64,000 nucleotides of DNA from an uncultured delta proteobacterium (lineage in GTDB: Bacteria; Desulfobacterota; RBG-13-43-22), in contig CAWJJC010000020.1 of NCBI GenBank assembly GCA_963843145.1, positions 352,001-416,000 on the forward strand, read 5' to 3'. How positions within the stretch are numbered: the first letter of the stretch is position 1; each line of letters begins with the position of its first letter. The notes under the pieces were generated by a model. That model did not search any database. It was not told the origin of the DNA and saw only the letters and a list, made by a program, of their open reading frames with translations. The translations under genes were made by a program, and so were the position numbers. Positions 19,881 through 30,982 of the stretch are shown here, in pieces.

Positions 19881-21899
19881 CACTATGTGCAAGGCATTGA
19901 CAATCATATCGATCAGTTTAATACCCGGGAACGGTGCGATCAGACCGCCAAGGCCATAGATCAAAAGGTTACGCTTGAGAAGCACGGCGGCTCCTAAGGG
20001 TCGAAAACGTACCCCCCGCAAAGCCAAAGGGATGAGAGCGACAATGATCAAGGCATTGAAAATGACCGCGCTCAGAATCGCGCTTTGGGGGGACTGAAGG
20101 CCCATAACGTTAAGGGGAGAGATAACCGGAAAGACACTCATCAGCATGGCCGGGATGATGGCAAAGTATTTGGCCACATCATTGGCGATACTGAAGGTGG
20201 TTAAGGCCCCCCGGGTGATCAGCATCTGTTTGCCTATTTCAACCACCTCGATCAATTTGGTCGGGTTGGAATCCAGGTCCACCATATTGCCGGCCTCCTT
20301 GGCCGCCTGGGTCCCGGTGTTCATGGCCACCCCGACATCGGCCTGGGCCAGGGCCGGGGCGTCATTGGTGCCGTCGCCGGTCATGGCTACCAAATGACCG
20401 GCGGCCTGTTCCTTACGAATCAGGGCCAGCTTATCCTCCGGCTTGGCCTCGGCAATGAAATCATCCACCCCGGCCTCCCGGGCAATGGCCTCGGCCGTCA
20501 GCCGGTTGTCTCCGGTGACCATTACGGTTTTGATGCCCATGGCCCTGAATCGTTCGAAACGATCCTTCAGCCCGCCTTTGACAATATCCTTCAAGTGGAT
20601 GGCCCCGAGCACCTTCTCCCTATCGACGACCAGCAGGGGGGTCCCGCCGGAAAGGGAAATAGATTCCACGGCCTTTTGGATCTCCAAAGGAAGATCCGTC
20701 CCGGTAAAGGACTTCACGGCGTCTATGGCCCCTTTGCGGATCTGCCGTTCGTCCACATCCACTCCGCTCATTCTGGTCTGCGCCGAAAAGGTGATAAATT
20801 GGGCATGGGACATTTCAGAGATGGAACGTCCCCTTAAGCCATATTGTTTAGCCAGGACGACGATGCTCCGGCCTTCGGGCGTTTCGTCGGCTAATGAGGC
20901 TAATTGGGCCGCATCGGCCAATTCCTCGACCGTAATCCCCGGGGCCGGGAGAAAGGCAGTGGCCTGGCGGTCTCCCAAGGTAATGGTCCCTGTTTTATCT
21001 AAGAGCAGCACGTCGATATCTCCGGCGGCCTCGACGGCCCGGCCGCTCATGGCCAGGACATTTTTTTGGACCATCCGATCGATCCCGGCGATCCCGATAG
21101 CGCTGAGCAAACCTCCGATCGTGGTGGGGATCAGACAAACCAGCAAGGCCACCAGGACGGTTATGGAGAAGGCCACGCCCGAATAAAGACCGAAGGGCTT
21201 CAAGGTGATGCAGACTATCAAGAAAATGATGGTCAGGGCCGAGAGAAGAATCGTCAGGGCGATCTCGTTGGGGGTTTTCTGACGCTGGGCCCCCTCAACG
21301 AGCTGGATCATACGATCCAAAAAACTTTCCCCCGGGTTGGCGGTTACCAGAACCTTGATCTGGTCCGATAGAACCCGGGTGCCGCCGGTGACGGCGCTTC
21401 GATCGCCGCCGGCTTCGCGGATGACCGGAGCCGACTCCCCGGTGATGGCCGATTCGTCCACCGTAGCCACCCCGGCTATGATTTCGCCGTCAGAGGGGAT
21501 GATTTCCCCAGCCGACACCAGAACGAGGTCGCCCTTTCGCAGGCGGTCGGCTTCAATCTTCTCCGTCGAGTCATCGGATTTCAATCGATTGGCTAAGGTC
21601 TGGGTTCGTGTCTTGCGGAGGGCATTGGCCTGGGCCTTGCCCCGGCCTTCGGCCATGGCCTCGGCAAAATTGGCGAAAAGAACGGTAAACCAGAGCCAAA
21701 GGGTGACTTGCAGGATAAACCCGAAGGGGTCCTTCCCGGATCGCCAAAAGAGACCGATCGTGGTCAGGGCCGCCCCGACTTCGGTCACAAATATAACCGG
21801 ATTTTTCAACATTGAAACCGGATTGAGTTTTTTAAATGAATCGATTATCGCTTGTCCGATAATGGCCCGTTCAAAAAGGGAATGGGTTTTAGCCGCCAT
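19878..21899 (-). CDS. kdpB: K+-transporting ATPase subunit B
   Basis: [24 protein letters not shown] and [12 protein letters not shown]. Confidence 0.98.
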   Translation of the reverse strand: MAAKTHSLFERAIIGQAIIDSFKKLNPVSMLKNPVIFVTEVGAALTTIGLFWRSGKDPFGFILQVTLWLWFTVLFANFAEAMAEGRGKAQANALRKTRTQTLANRLKSDDSTEKIEADRLRKGDLVLVSAGEIIPSDGEIIAGVATVDESAITGESAPVIREAGGDRSAVTGGTRVLSDQIKVLVTANPGESFLDRMIQLVEGAQRQKTPNEIALTILLSALTIIFLIVCITLKPFGLYSGVAFSITVLVALLVCLIPTTIGGLLSAIGIAGIDRMVQKNVLAMSGRAVEAAGDIDVLLLDKTGTITLGDRQATAFLPAPGITVEELADAAQLASLADETPEGRSIVVLAKQYGLRGRSISEMSHAQFITFSAQTRMSGVDVDERQIRKGAIDAVKSFTGTDLPLEIQKAVESISLSGGTPLLVVDREKVLGAIHLKDIVKGGLKDRFERFRAMGIKTVMVTGDNRLTAEAIAREAGVDDFIAEAKPEDKLALIRKEQAAGHLVAMTGDGTNDAPALAQADVGVAMNTGTQAAKEAGNMVDLDSNPTKLIEVVEIGKQMLITRGALTTFSIANDVAKYFAIIPAMLMSVFPVISPLNVMGLQSPQSAILSAVIFNALIIVALIPLALRGVRFRPLGAAVLLKRNLLIYGLGGLIAPFPGIKLIDMIVNALHIV

Positions 21900-21913
21900 G
21901 ATTCTATGACCCC

Positions 21914-23717
21914 TTAAAAGAGAATTTTTGATCCCGTCATCAAAAAGTGTTCGACGACAGGACCCAAGGCCAGGGCCGGAAGAAAGGTCAAGGCCCCGAC
22001 GATTACGACCGTACCCACTAAGACGAGGGTAAAGGTCAAACCCCAGACGGGGAAGCTCCCTCCGGATGAGGGAACGAGTTTTTTCCCGGCCAGACTCCCG
22101 GCCAGGGCCATGACCGGCACCAGCATGATAAACCGTCCGAAAAGCATGCCCAAGCCCAGGGTGGTGTTGTACCAGGGGGTATTACCGCTCAGTCCGGCAA
22201 AGGCACTGCCGTTATTGCCGGTGGCCGAAGAGTAGGCATAGAGTATCTCACTCAACCCATGGGGGCCGCCGTTATTCAAGCCGGCCAATCCCCATTTACT
22301 GACCAGGGCCCAGGCCGAGAAGCCGAGGATGCTGAAGATCAAGATCATCAGGGCCAGAACGCTCACCTTCACGTCGTAGGGCTCTATCTTTTTACCGAGA
22401 TACTCGGGGGTTCGGCCAACCATCAGGCCGGTCAAGAATACGGCGAGGATGACAAAAATCAGCATCCCATACAGTCCCGCACCCACTCCCCCGAAAACGA
22501 CCTCGCCCAACTGGATATTAAAAAGGGGAATCAGTCCTCCGAGGGGGGTAAAGGAATCATGCATGGCATTGACGGCACCACAGGAGGCGCCCGTGGTGAT
22601 AGTGGCAAAAAGGGCCGAGTTGAAGATCCCGAAACGGACCTCTTTCCCTTCCATATTCCCGCTCACCGGGTCCAGGCCAAGGGCCTGCAGGCGCGGATTA
22701 CCGGCCGATTCCGCCCACCAGCAGACCAGGACGGCACTGAGGAAGAGGATGGTCATGGCGCTCCAGACGGCCCAACCATGCTTTTGATTTTTGACCATGC
22801 GGCCCAGATAATAGGTCAGGCCGCTGGGGATGAGAAAGATGGCCAGCATCTGAAAAAAATTGGATAAAGGGGTCGGGTTCTCATAAGGATGGGCGGCGTT
22901 GGCGTTGAAAAAACCGCCGCCGTTGGTCCCCAGCATCTTGATGGCCACCTGGGAGGCAACCGGACCCTGGGGAAGGGTCTGTTGTGTCCACCTTCTGATC
23001 GATCAGCACCGGGTTGCCCCGGGCATCCTTGATCTCCTGACCGCGGGCGTCCTTTTTAGGTACCTGGATGGTCATGGGTTCGATGAGCCTGGCCGAATCA
23101 TAGGCCTTAAAGTTCTGGATCATGCCCTGTGAGACTAAGAAGACGGCCAGTACCAGGCTGATCGGCAGCAGCAGATAAAGGTTCCCCCGTATTAAATCAA
23201 CCCAGAAGTTGCCGATTGTTTTGGCCGAATGTCGGGCAATGCCGCGTACCAGGGCCGCGGCTGCGGCCAGGCCCACGGCGGCTGAGGCGAAGTTATGAAA
23301 AACAAGACCCACCATCTGGGAGAAATAGGAGAGGGTTGATTCACCACCGTAATTTTGCCAATTGGTATTGGTGGTGAAACTGACCGCGGTATTGAAGGCC
23401 AGGTCGGCGGGAACCGGCCCGAAGCCTTGGGGGTTGAGGGGCAGTAGATGCTGGAGTCGAAGGATTACATAGGTAAACAATAGCCCGATCAGACTGAACA
23501 GGAGCAAAGAGAAGGTATAGCCTTTCCAGTCCTGCTCCTTTTTTGGGTCCAAACCCAAGAACCGGTACAATACCCGTTCTAAGGGTCTTAGAACCGGGTC
23601 CAGAAAGGTCTTGCCTTCGGCATCCATGACCTGAACCAGATATAGTCCTATGGGTTTAGTCAGTGCCAAAAGAATCAGCATAAAAAGGGTCAGTTGAATC
23701 CATCCGTAAAGATCCAT
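21914..23717 (-). CDS. kdpA: K+-transporting ATPase subunit A (single frameshift near 22983)
   Basis: [11 protein letters not shown] in the 5' ORF; removing one base joins it to [25 protein letters not shown]...NNGSAF. Confidence 0.93.
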
Positions 23718-23733
23718 CGATGTTATCCCTTCA

Positions 23734-23817
23734 TCAAAACTTTTCAGGCCGAAGAACGGTTATAAAGAGATAAACGATCAGGATCAGCCCGATAATCAAT
23801 CCAATAATATCCGACAT
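23734..23817 (-). CDS. kdpF: K+-transporting ATPase subunit F (27 aa, absent from ORF track)
   Basis: MSDIIGLIIGLILIVYLFITVLRPEKF* directly upstream of kdpA, matching the YL...L.PEKF signature. Confidence 0.9.
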   Translation of the reverse strand: MSDIIGLIIGLILIVYLFITVLRPEKF

Positions 23818-23898
23818 GTTAAAGCCTTTCACAGGCCCGCAGGTACAGGACACACAAGCCGAAAAAACCGATTGAAATTAAAATATAGATCATATCAC

Positions 23899-25743
23899 TC
23901 ATGAATGATCCTCCTCCTTCGATAGATGATCCACCCTTTTCAGGGTAAAGATAAAGGTGCTCCCTTTCCCTTCCTGACTTTCTACATCCACGGTCCCCCC
24001 GTGGGCTTCGATAATCTCTTTGACAATAGACAAACCCAGTCCGGCCCCCGACTCTTTTTCCTGATCAGGAACACGAAAGAATTGTTCGAAGATCCTGGGG
24101 AGATATTGACTGGGAATTCCCTTCCCCGTATCGGTAACGGAAAAACGGACCTCCTTTTCTTCCGCTCTGGCTGAGAAGGTAATCATGCCGCCGGGCGGGG
24201 TGTATCTAAGGGCATTGGAAAGAAGATTGCCAAAGACATAATAGATCCTGGTCGGATCGGCCCAGACGTCGGGTAAGTCCCCGGGAATATCGACTTGTAA
24301 GGTCACCCCCTGGTCGTGGGATGCCCTCCAAAAAGGTTCCAGGGCTTCCATTTGCAGAGAATTCGGGGAAACCGCCTTAAATTCCATCCTGGTCTTGCCC
24401 GATTCAATACGGCTGATATCCAGGAGGCTATGGAGGATATTATGCAGCCGGTCGCTGTCTTCCCGGGCGGCCAAAAGTAGTTCGACCTGTTTTTCGGTAA
24501 GGTGTCCAACTTTTTCTTCCAGCAGGAGGTGGATGGCCATACGTATGGAGGTCAGAGGTGTTTTCAGTTGATGGGATACGGTCGAAATCATCCCTCTTTT
24601 TATCTCATCCTGCTGCCGGAGTTGGGTGACGTCCTGAAGGACCATCACCACCCCGGTGGGCTGTCTCTCCCGGTCGAGGATAGGAACCGCCTCCGGATGA
24701 AAATATCGTTCTTCCCCCTGGATGAAATGCTGAAAGACCCCTTGGCTGTTTTTTAGATTAACCGTACGGCCCTGCTTGATGGCCTCCTGATACAATTCCG
24801 CCATCCATCCAAAGGGCAAGGAGCTAAGGGAGATGTTCGGATGGAGTCCAAAGGAATTCCTGGCTGTTTCGGTGGCCACCTCTACCTTGCCCTCCAGGTC
24901 GATAACCGCTATCGCCTCCGGAAGGCTGTTGAAGGCCTGTTGTGTGGCCTGCTGGACCCGAATGAGGTGGGCCTGATCCGAGCGGCGAAACTCCCTGAGG
25001 CTGGTGGCCATGTCATTAAAGGCCTGGGAAAGATGACCGATTTCGTCCCGGGAAGAGCTTTGGACAACCAGATCCAGGTTTCCTTTTCGGATTTCATCGG
25101 TAGATTGGATCAGGCGGTTAATAGGGCGCAAGACCCATTTCCCGAAAAAAAATAAAAATCCTACGGCGATGATCATTCCCGCCAATAAAAGAAAAACCAT
25201 CTCCCTTTTAGCCGTAGCGGCACTCCGGCGGGCCCGATCATTGGCTTCGTGCATATTTTGCTGGTTCATTTGAAGGATTTCGTTGGCGATCCCTTTAATA
25301 TGGTCGAACAAAGGAAGGAGTTCGTTAAAATAAGTCTGACGACGATGATCGATTGAAAGGGGACTACCCACTACATCCTTAAGGGAGCTTTTGTATTGAT
25401 TGTAATTCTTTTGCAGCAGCGCAGCCTTTTCACCTTCACCGGGAAGGGTGATATTGTTCAATTCCACCTGAAGGGCCTTTTCAAAGGCCTTTTCATTGAT
25501 ACGAATCTGTTCGTCGCCTTTTTGGGTGTATCCTTGAAGCGAAAAAAGGATTCCGCTGTCAATACGTTCCAGGGCTTCTTTGATCTCCTGACAGGCGATG
25601 ACACTCCGGTAATTCTCACGGAGGATGACATCGATGGAATCTCCCAATCGGCTAAGTTGAATGATACTCTGGATTCCGATTAATAAAATGATAATCAGCA
25701 ACCCGCCGAAGCCGAGAGATATTTTTTGGCGAAGACCTAACAC
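23899..25743 (-). CDS. HAMP-PAS sensor histidine kinase (KinB-like)
   Basis: Two TM helices, ILRENYRS periplasmic domain, SHQLKTPLTSI, NALRYT and GAGLGL; likely GTG start 25743 after AAGGAAGGA. Confidence 0.9.
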   Translation of the reverse strand: MLGLRQKISLGFGGLLIIILLIGIQSIIQLSRLGDSIDVILRENYRSVIACQEIKEALERIDSGILFSLQGYTQKGDEQIRINEKAFEKALQVELNNITLPGEGEKAALLQKNYNQYKSSLKDVVGSPLSIDHRRQTYFNELLPLFDHIKGIANEILQMNQQNMHEANDRARRSAATAKREMVFLLLAGMIIAVGFLFFFGKWVLRPINRLIQSTDEIRKGNLDLVVQSSSRDEIGHLSQAFNDMATSLREFRRSDQAHLIRVQQATQQAFNSLPEAIAVIDLEGKVEVATETARNSFGLHPNISLSSLPFGWMAELYQEAIKQGRTVNLKNSQGVFQHFIQGEERYFHPEAVPILDRERQPTGVVMVLQDVTQLRQQDEIKRGMISTVSHQLKTPLTSIRMAIHLLLEEKVGHLTEKQVELLLAAREDSDRLHNILHSLLDISRIESGKTRMEFKAVSPNSLQMEALEPFWRASHDQGVTLQVDIPGDLPDVWADPTRIYYVFGNLLSNALRYTPPGGMITFSARAEEKEVRFSVTDTGKGIPSQYLPRIFEQFFRVPDQEKESGAGLGLSIVKEIIEAHGGTVDVESQEGKGSTFIFTLKRVDHLSKEEDHS

Positions 25744-25778
25744 GGCAATCCTTCCTTGGTTAATGTTCTTTTCAACAT

Positions 25779-25794
25779 AGCAAATGCCAGGCCA
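25779..25794 (-). promoter_or_regulatory. sigma-54 (-24/-12) promoter for the kinase-kdp operon
   Basis: Minus strand TGGCCTGGCATTTGCT has GG-N10-GC spacing; adjacent to a sigma-54 activator gene. Confidence 0.75.
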
Positions 25795-25983
25795 AGTCAT
25801 TCTCGATCTAACTTATTGTAAGAAATAGATTTTTATTTGCAAGAACGAATTGCGACCTTGCATTTCCCAAGAAAACAGGTGAAAAGCTTATTGAAATTTG
25901 CAAGACGGATGCGGAGAAGGTCAGCGTGAACCGTCAGGCAGTCCGGTCGTTGTGCGGGTGGGCAAAAATCAGGGCGAGTGTTC

Positions 25984-27324
25984 TTAGATCCCGTACTTCT
26001 TGCGGCGGCGCCAGAGGGTGGCCTGATCGATGCCCAGAATGTCGGCCGCTTCTTGCAGTGATCGGGGGGTGGCCAGGATTCTGCGGATGTGCAGTTCTTC
26101 GATTTTTTCCAGGGTAAGGGAGTCACCTATTTTGGGCGGGGATTCATGGGGATTGAGATTTTGGGGGAAACACTCGACGCCGACGTGACCGGTTTGACAA
26201 AGGATGGCCGTCCGCTCGATGAGATTGCTTAACTCCCTGACGTTTCCCGGCCAGGAGTATTGTTTAAGTCCCTTCAAGGCTTCCTCGGTAAAGCCGGCAA
26301 AGACCCGGTGATTGTTCCGGCCATAAAAAGCCAATAATTTTTCGGCGAGTATGGTGATATCATCCGGTCGTTCCCGCAAGGGGGGGATTTCGATCGGAAT
26401 CACGTTAAGCCGGAAAAAGAGATCTTCCCGGAACCGCCCCTCTTGCACCGCCTTTTCCAAATCCACGTGGGTAGCCGTTATCAGACGCACATCGCCCTTT
26501 CGGGTGACGGTATCTCCGACCCGTTCATATTCCCTTCCCTGGACGAAGCGCAACAGCTTGGGTTGTACGGCCAGGGGCAAATCACCGATCTCGTCGAGAA
26601 AGAGGGTTCCGCCCTCGCAAGCGGCCACCCGGCCCGGGTTGTCCCGAACGGCCCCGGTAAAAGCCCCCTTGACATGCCCGAAGAGTTCGCTCTCCAGCAA
26701 TTCCGCAGAAAAAGTGGGACAGGAAATAATGCCCAGCGGTTTGGCCGCCCGCCTGCTCCAGGAGTGAATCATTCGGGCCAGAACGGTCTTGCCGGTTCCG
26801 CTTTCTCCGCGTATAAGGATGGTGGCTTCGGACGGGGCCGCCTGGCGGGCCAGATTGATGGCCCGTTGCATAACCGGGGAAGTGCTGGAAAATTCCGTCT
26901 CCGGATGGGATCTGCCCAGGTCTTCCTGCAAAGCGGCGACCCTTTGCTCCAAGGCCCGCAGCTCAATCATTTTTTGAACGGCCAGTTTTACTTGGGCCGG
27001 GGTGAACGGTTTAGGAAGGTAATCGGTGGCCCCCCGCCGCATGGCCTCGACGGCCGTATCGATGGAGGCGTAGGCCGTAATGACGACAATCTTGAGCCAG
27101 GGCGTTTGCGCCAGTAAGGCCGGAATCAGATCCAAACCGTTTTCCGTGCCGAGGCGCAGGTCTACCAGGGCCAGTTCAAAAGACCTCCGTGCGGTCTCCG
27201 TTAAGGCATCCTGAAAATTGCTGACGGCCAAAACCTTGTGCCCTTCGGTCTCGAGGCAGACCGCTAGGGTCTTGCGAATGGTGACTTCATCATCCACTAT
27301 CAGGATATTCAAGGCCGGCTTCAT
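25984..27324 (-). CDS. sigma-54-dependent response regulator (NtrC/AlgB-like)
   Basis: REC domain, GESGTGKT, ESELFGHVKGAFTGA, WPGNVREL and Fis HTH. Confidence 0.95.
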   Translation of the reverse strand: MKPALNILIVDDEVTIRKTLAVCLETEGHKVLAVSNFQDALTETARRSFELALVDLRLGTENGLDLIPALLAQTPWLKIVVITAYASIDTAVEAMRRGATDYLPKPFTPAQVKLAVQKMIELRALEQRVAALQEDLGRSHPETEFSSTSPVMQRAINLARQAAPSEATILIRGESGTGKTVLARMIHSWSRRAAKPLGIISCPTFSAELLESELFGHVKGAFTGAVRDNPGRVAACEGGTLFLDEIGDLPLAVQPKLLRFVQGREYERVGDTVTRKGDVRLITATHVDLEKAVQEGRFREDLFFRLNVIPIEIPPLRERPDDITILAEKLLAFYGRNNHRVFAGFTEEALKGLKQYSWPGNVRELSNLIERTAILCQTGHVGVECFPQNLNPHESPPKIGDSLTLEKIEELHIRRILATPRSLQEAADILGIDQATLWRRRKKYGI

Positions 27325-27390
27325 GGAGTCTTTTCCCTTTTACGAAAAATAATCTTTGCAATAAAAAGCAAATTATTATCAGGTAGTTAA

Positions 27391-28318
27391 TTAACGGGTG
27401 GCTTTGAATTCCCGGGCCTTTACGGCTTCCTCCAGGCTGACTAAGATCTCACCGCACTGGGCGCTTATTTTTCTTTTCCTTCCGAGGGATAGTTCGAAGG
27501 ATTTGATATTGGTATTCTGGCGGGATAGATCGATCACTTGGGTGGTTACTTTCTCCAACGCATTGAAGGCGGTCTTGGCTTCCTGGTAGGCCTCCTGCTT
27601 CCCCGGACCAACCAGGCCCTTCAAGGTTTTCAGAGACTCGTTAATCTCCTGCTCGTGCTGTTTGATGGACGCTTCGATTTTATCCATCCGCTGATCATCG
27701 GTTGCGGCGATATGCGGGGCCTGGAGATAATGAATTTTTAACCCGGCGGTCAAGGCCCGGCAAGCCAGGTTAGGGATACGGGCGTCCGCCTGGCTGTCCG
27801 GTTGGATCGAAATCAAGCTGTTTAGTGCTTTTTCAAAACGGTTCACCGCCTCCTCGGCCGGTCCGAAAGATAGACGAGCGGCCTTGAGATTTGTGTTTTT
27901 AACGGCAAAATCGAGAAGTTCCCGATCCGATTTTTCGAAACTCCGCCCAGCAGCCGTCGAACTCCTGCAACAGCTTCAATTCCTGATTGGAATGATCCTT
28001 ATCCATCAGCAGGCCGATTGCTCGACGGTCCCGCTCCACCAAATCCGCAGCCTTCAGGGATTGGTCGGCGAAGGTTTTCGATTCTTCGTCGGTATCCGCC
28101 ATAACGGCACTCTTTTCGGCCTCAACGGATCGGAGGAGGTTGATCTGCATCCGCGACAAGATGTCCAGTTTTTTGGACAGGATGCCGACCACGTCTTTCA
28201 AATCCAGATCAGATCCCTGACAGCTCAAAATCAGCAGCAAGACCGGCATTAAAAGGATCAACCGATGAAATCCAAACCTTTTAAAACGACTGGACAATAA
28301 AAAAGAAATTATTCTCAT
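27391..28318 (-). CDS. putative lipoprotein with four-helix-bundle (MCP ligand-binding-like) repeats, frameshift near 27920
   Basis: Lipobox-like LILSC; two consecutive helical ORFs 27899-28318 and 27391-27846. Confidence 0.55.
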
Positions 28319-30219
28319 ATTGGACCCCTCTTTACGGAATTTCCTCTGTTCTCTACGGCCTCGGGTTCCTGACGGGCCGCAACGGATTTCTGGCTATAGG
28401 TGATATCAAACGCAAATTGGGGAAAGAGCCGCGGCAGCCGCATCAGGTTAAAGACCATCACTCCGATCGAAAAACGGTCCAGCCAGGAGGAGAGTGGCCA
28501 GCCGAAGTGGACGTAAACTCGCCGGTGGGGAAATTCATATTCCACCACTTTTAAGATACTCACCATGCGGTGATAAAGGCTGATCCGGGTCAGCGGGAAA
28601 AGAAAGTGATTTTCCGCCTCCTTGGGAGGGGCCCCGGCCCGGGGGGAATAGAAGGTCAGGTAGGCCGCGTTTTTTCGGACCGGCCCCCCTTCTTTTTCCG
28701 TACGCCTGAAAAACAAATGGATCTCCGGGTCGTCCTCCTGGGAAAGGAAAAGAATCATGGCCATTTCATTGTCGGCCTTGGCGATTTCCTTCAGTTCCGG
28801 CGCCCGGCGCCGGGCCACCAGAAACCCGGCCAGGAGCACTCCGCCGGTGACCGAAGCCCAGAGGGTGGTGCCGTGGGGTTTGTCAATGGCCAGAAAGATG
28901 AAGCAACTGACCATGATCACCCAGATGATCAGGGTGCCCAGCCGGCTGGTATTATAAGAAATAACCTCTTTAGTCCCCTTCAGGTAACGGTAAATGATCA
29001 AGGCCCCCATGTTGATGCAGAAACTGGCCACCAGGCCGATGGCGTACATGTCGGCCAGGATCATCTGGCTGCCGGAAGTAATGAAGATGATCGTGGAAAA
29101 CAGGGAGGCGTTGATCAAGTGGATCCGATACAGGGAACTGCGACGGTTGGTCTTAATCAGCCAGAGAAAGCCGTACCGGTGGGCGATGCGCTCGATGAGT
29201 TCGCTCGAGGCCACAAAGGCGGTGTTGACGGCCATGATCAGGGTGAAGCTGGCCAGAGAGGCCACGGCAACCCCAAAGGGTACCCCGTTGATCAAAGTGG
29301 CGTAATGGGTAATTAAATCCCCCTCGTGGGCCTTAAAATCGATAGGGGCCGATAGGGCCAGGGCCGCTACCAGGGGGGTGACGATGCCCACGGTCAAGGC
29401 CAGAAAGATATAAGAACGGCGAATCTCCCGCCAATTCTTGACCAGCCCGGCGGTTTGCAGGACGGATTCCACACCCGAATAGGCCAGGATACAGAAGGCC
29501 ACGCTGGAGATGAAATGGTCATAGCTGGTAACGACGGAACCTCGGTACAAGGTAGAAAACCCGTCACCCAGGGAGGTCTGCATTCGATTAAATGAGGGGA
29601 GATCCAGCGATAGTATCCCCGAGGTTATTAAATTCAGGAAGACGAAGGCGGCCAACACGAAAATCATGAAGGTAAAACGGGCATTCTCCTTGATCCCCAG
29701 GATGTTCAACCCGGCCATGGCCCAGAGGATGGCCAGCACCAGCATGATCCGCAGGGGCTCGGACTGGGCCAGGGCCGGGAAGAAAGAAACACTGTTCAAA
29801 ACCGCACTGACCGAGGAGATGCAGGCGGTCAGGATATAATCGACCATGATGGAGGCCACGGCCACAAAGGAGATCGAGGGGCCAAGAACGAGGTAAGAAA
29901 ATGAATAGACGCCGCCGCCTATCAGGCCGTGATGTTCGAGGATTTCAGCGATTTCGACCAGACGGGTGGAGAGAAACCGGATCAACAGGGAGGTGACGGC
30001 AATGAAGAAAATGGCGCTCAAACCGATAAAGCGATAGGCCTCGGCAGGAGCATAAAAAACCGAGGTGAGTTCGTCCATCAGGGTGATGACCCCGACCGCC
30101 AGAAAGGTCAGCCAGACCCGGCCCCCTTGGTTGAAGGAAAGGAGGTTCCGCTGCCGAAATAGTTTGATAAATATGAGCAGCAGGCCGATATTCAAAAAAG
30201 CGAGAAAAAGAGTCTTCAA
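28315..30219 (-). CDS. APC-superfamily permease, probably KimA-like K+ transporter
   Basis: About 12 TM helices; DELTSVFYA, GGGVY, DYILTACISS and AYSGVES motifs; potassium-gene context. Confidence 0.75.
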   Translation of the reverse strand: MKTLFLAFLNIGLLLIFIKLFRQRNLLSFNQGGRVWLTFLAVGVITLMDELTSVFYAPAEAYRFIGLSAIFFIAVTSLLIRFLSTRLVEIAEILEHHGLIGGGVYSFSYLVLGPSISFVAVASIMVDYILTACISSVSAVLNSVSFFPALAQSEPLRIMLVLAILWAMAGLNILGIKENARFTFMIFVLAAFVFLNLITSGILSLDLPSFNRMQTSLGDGFSTLYRGSVVTSYDHFISSVAFCILAYSGVESVLQTAGLVKNWREIRRSYIFLALTVGIVTPLVAALALSAPIDFKAHEGDLITHYATLINGVPFGVAVASLASFTLIMAVNTAFVASSELIERIAHRYGFLWLIKTNRRSSLYRIHLINASLFSTIIFITSGSQMILADMYAIGLVASFCINMGALIIYRYLKGTKEVISYNTSRLGTLIIWVIMVSCFIFLAIDKPHGTTLWASVTGGVLLAGFLVARRRAPELKEIAKADNEMAMILFLSQEDDPEIHLFFRRTEKEGGPVRKNAAYLTFYSPRAGAPPKEAENHFLFPLTRISLYHRMVSILKVVEYEFPHRRVYVHFGWPLSSWLDRFSIGVMVFNLMRLPRLFPQFAFDITYSQKSVAARQEPEAVENRGNSVKRGPI

Positions 30220-30298
30220 AACAAACTTCCTTCGGATACCCTAAGGATTATTTTACCCAGGTATTGTTTCAAGGTTCGGATTTCAGGGTTCGAACTAG

Positions 30299-30982
30299 TT
30301 ACGGCTTTTCTCCGCCTTCCCCCAGGTCGATCGGGCCCAGTTGGCGGCGGGCGGTGATCCTTTCCAAATTGCCCCCGGCCGGCTGGTAGGTGGGATCGAT
30401 CTCCAGGGCCGCCCGGTAAAACCGCTGGGCCTCCAACCGGTCATGCCGAATCTCCAATAGCGCCCCGAACAGGTTATAGGCCTCGGGCCGGGCCGGATCG
30501 GCAGCGACGGCCCGGCGGGCGATTTCACCGGCGGTTTCAAAATCCCCCTCCCGGATATAGTGGCGGATTCGTTCGATCAAGGCCCAATAGTCGGCCGGCT
30601 TACTCCCTTCCATGTCCCGGCGTTCCAAGACCTTGGCCACCAGTCCCCGGATTTCGCCCGGACTGAAGGGTTTACGGATAAAATCCACGGCCCCTAGTTT
30701 CATGGCCTCGACGGCGTATTCAATGCTCCCATGGGCCGTGATCATAATCACCTGTATTTCAGGCCGGGATTCCCGGATGCGGCGCAGGACTTCCAGCCCA
30801 TCCATTCCCGGCAGCTTCAGATCAAGGAGTACCAGACTGAAATCGGACTCCTGAAGCTTTTGCAGGGCTTCTTCTCCATCGCCGGCAGTCTGGACCGGCA
30901 TCCCCAGGGTATCCAGGGTTTGAGACAAGGTCAGACGAATATTCTTTTCGTCATCCACCACCAGAATTTTTTTCATTTTCAT
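30299..30982 (-). CDS. response regulator with C-terminal TPR
   Basis: KILVVDDE...LDLKLPGMDG; PEAYNLFGALLE...YRAALEIDPTY; likely ATG at 30982 or 30976. Confidence 0.85.
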   Translation of the reverse strand: MKMKKILVVDDEKNIRLTLSQTLDTLGMPVQTAGDGEEALQKLQESDFSLVLLDLKLPGMDGLEVLRRIRESRPEIQVIMITAHGSIEYAVEAMKLGAVDFIRKPFSPGEIRGLVAKVLERRDMEGSKPADYWALIERIRHYIREGDFETAGEIARRAVAADPARPEAYNLFGALLEIRHDRLEAQRFYRAALEIDPTYQPAGGNLERITARRQLGPIDLGEGGEKP

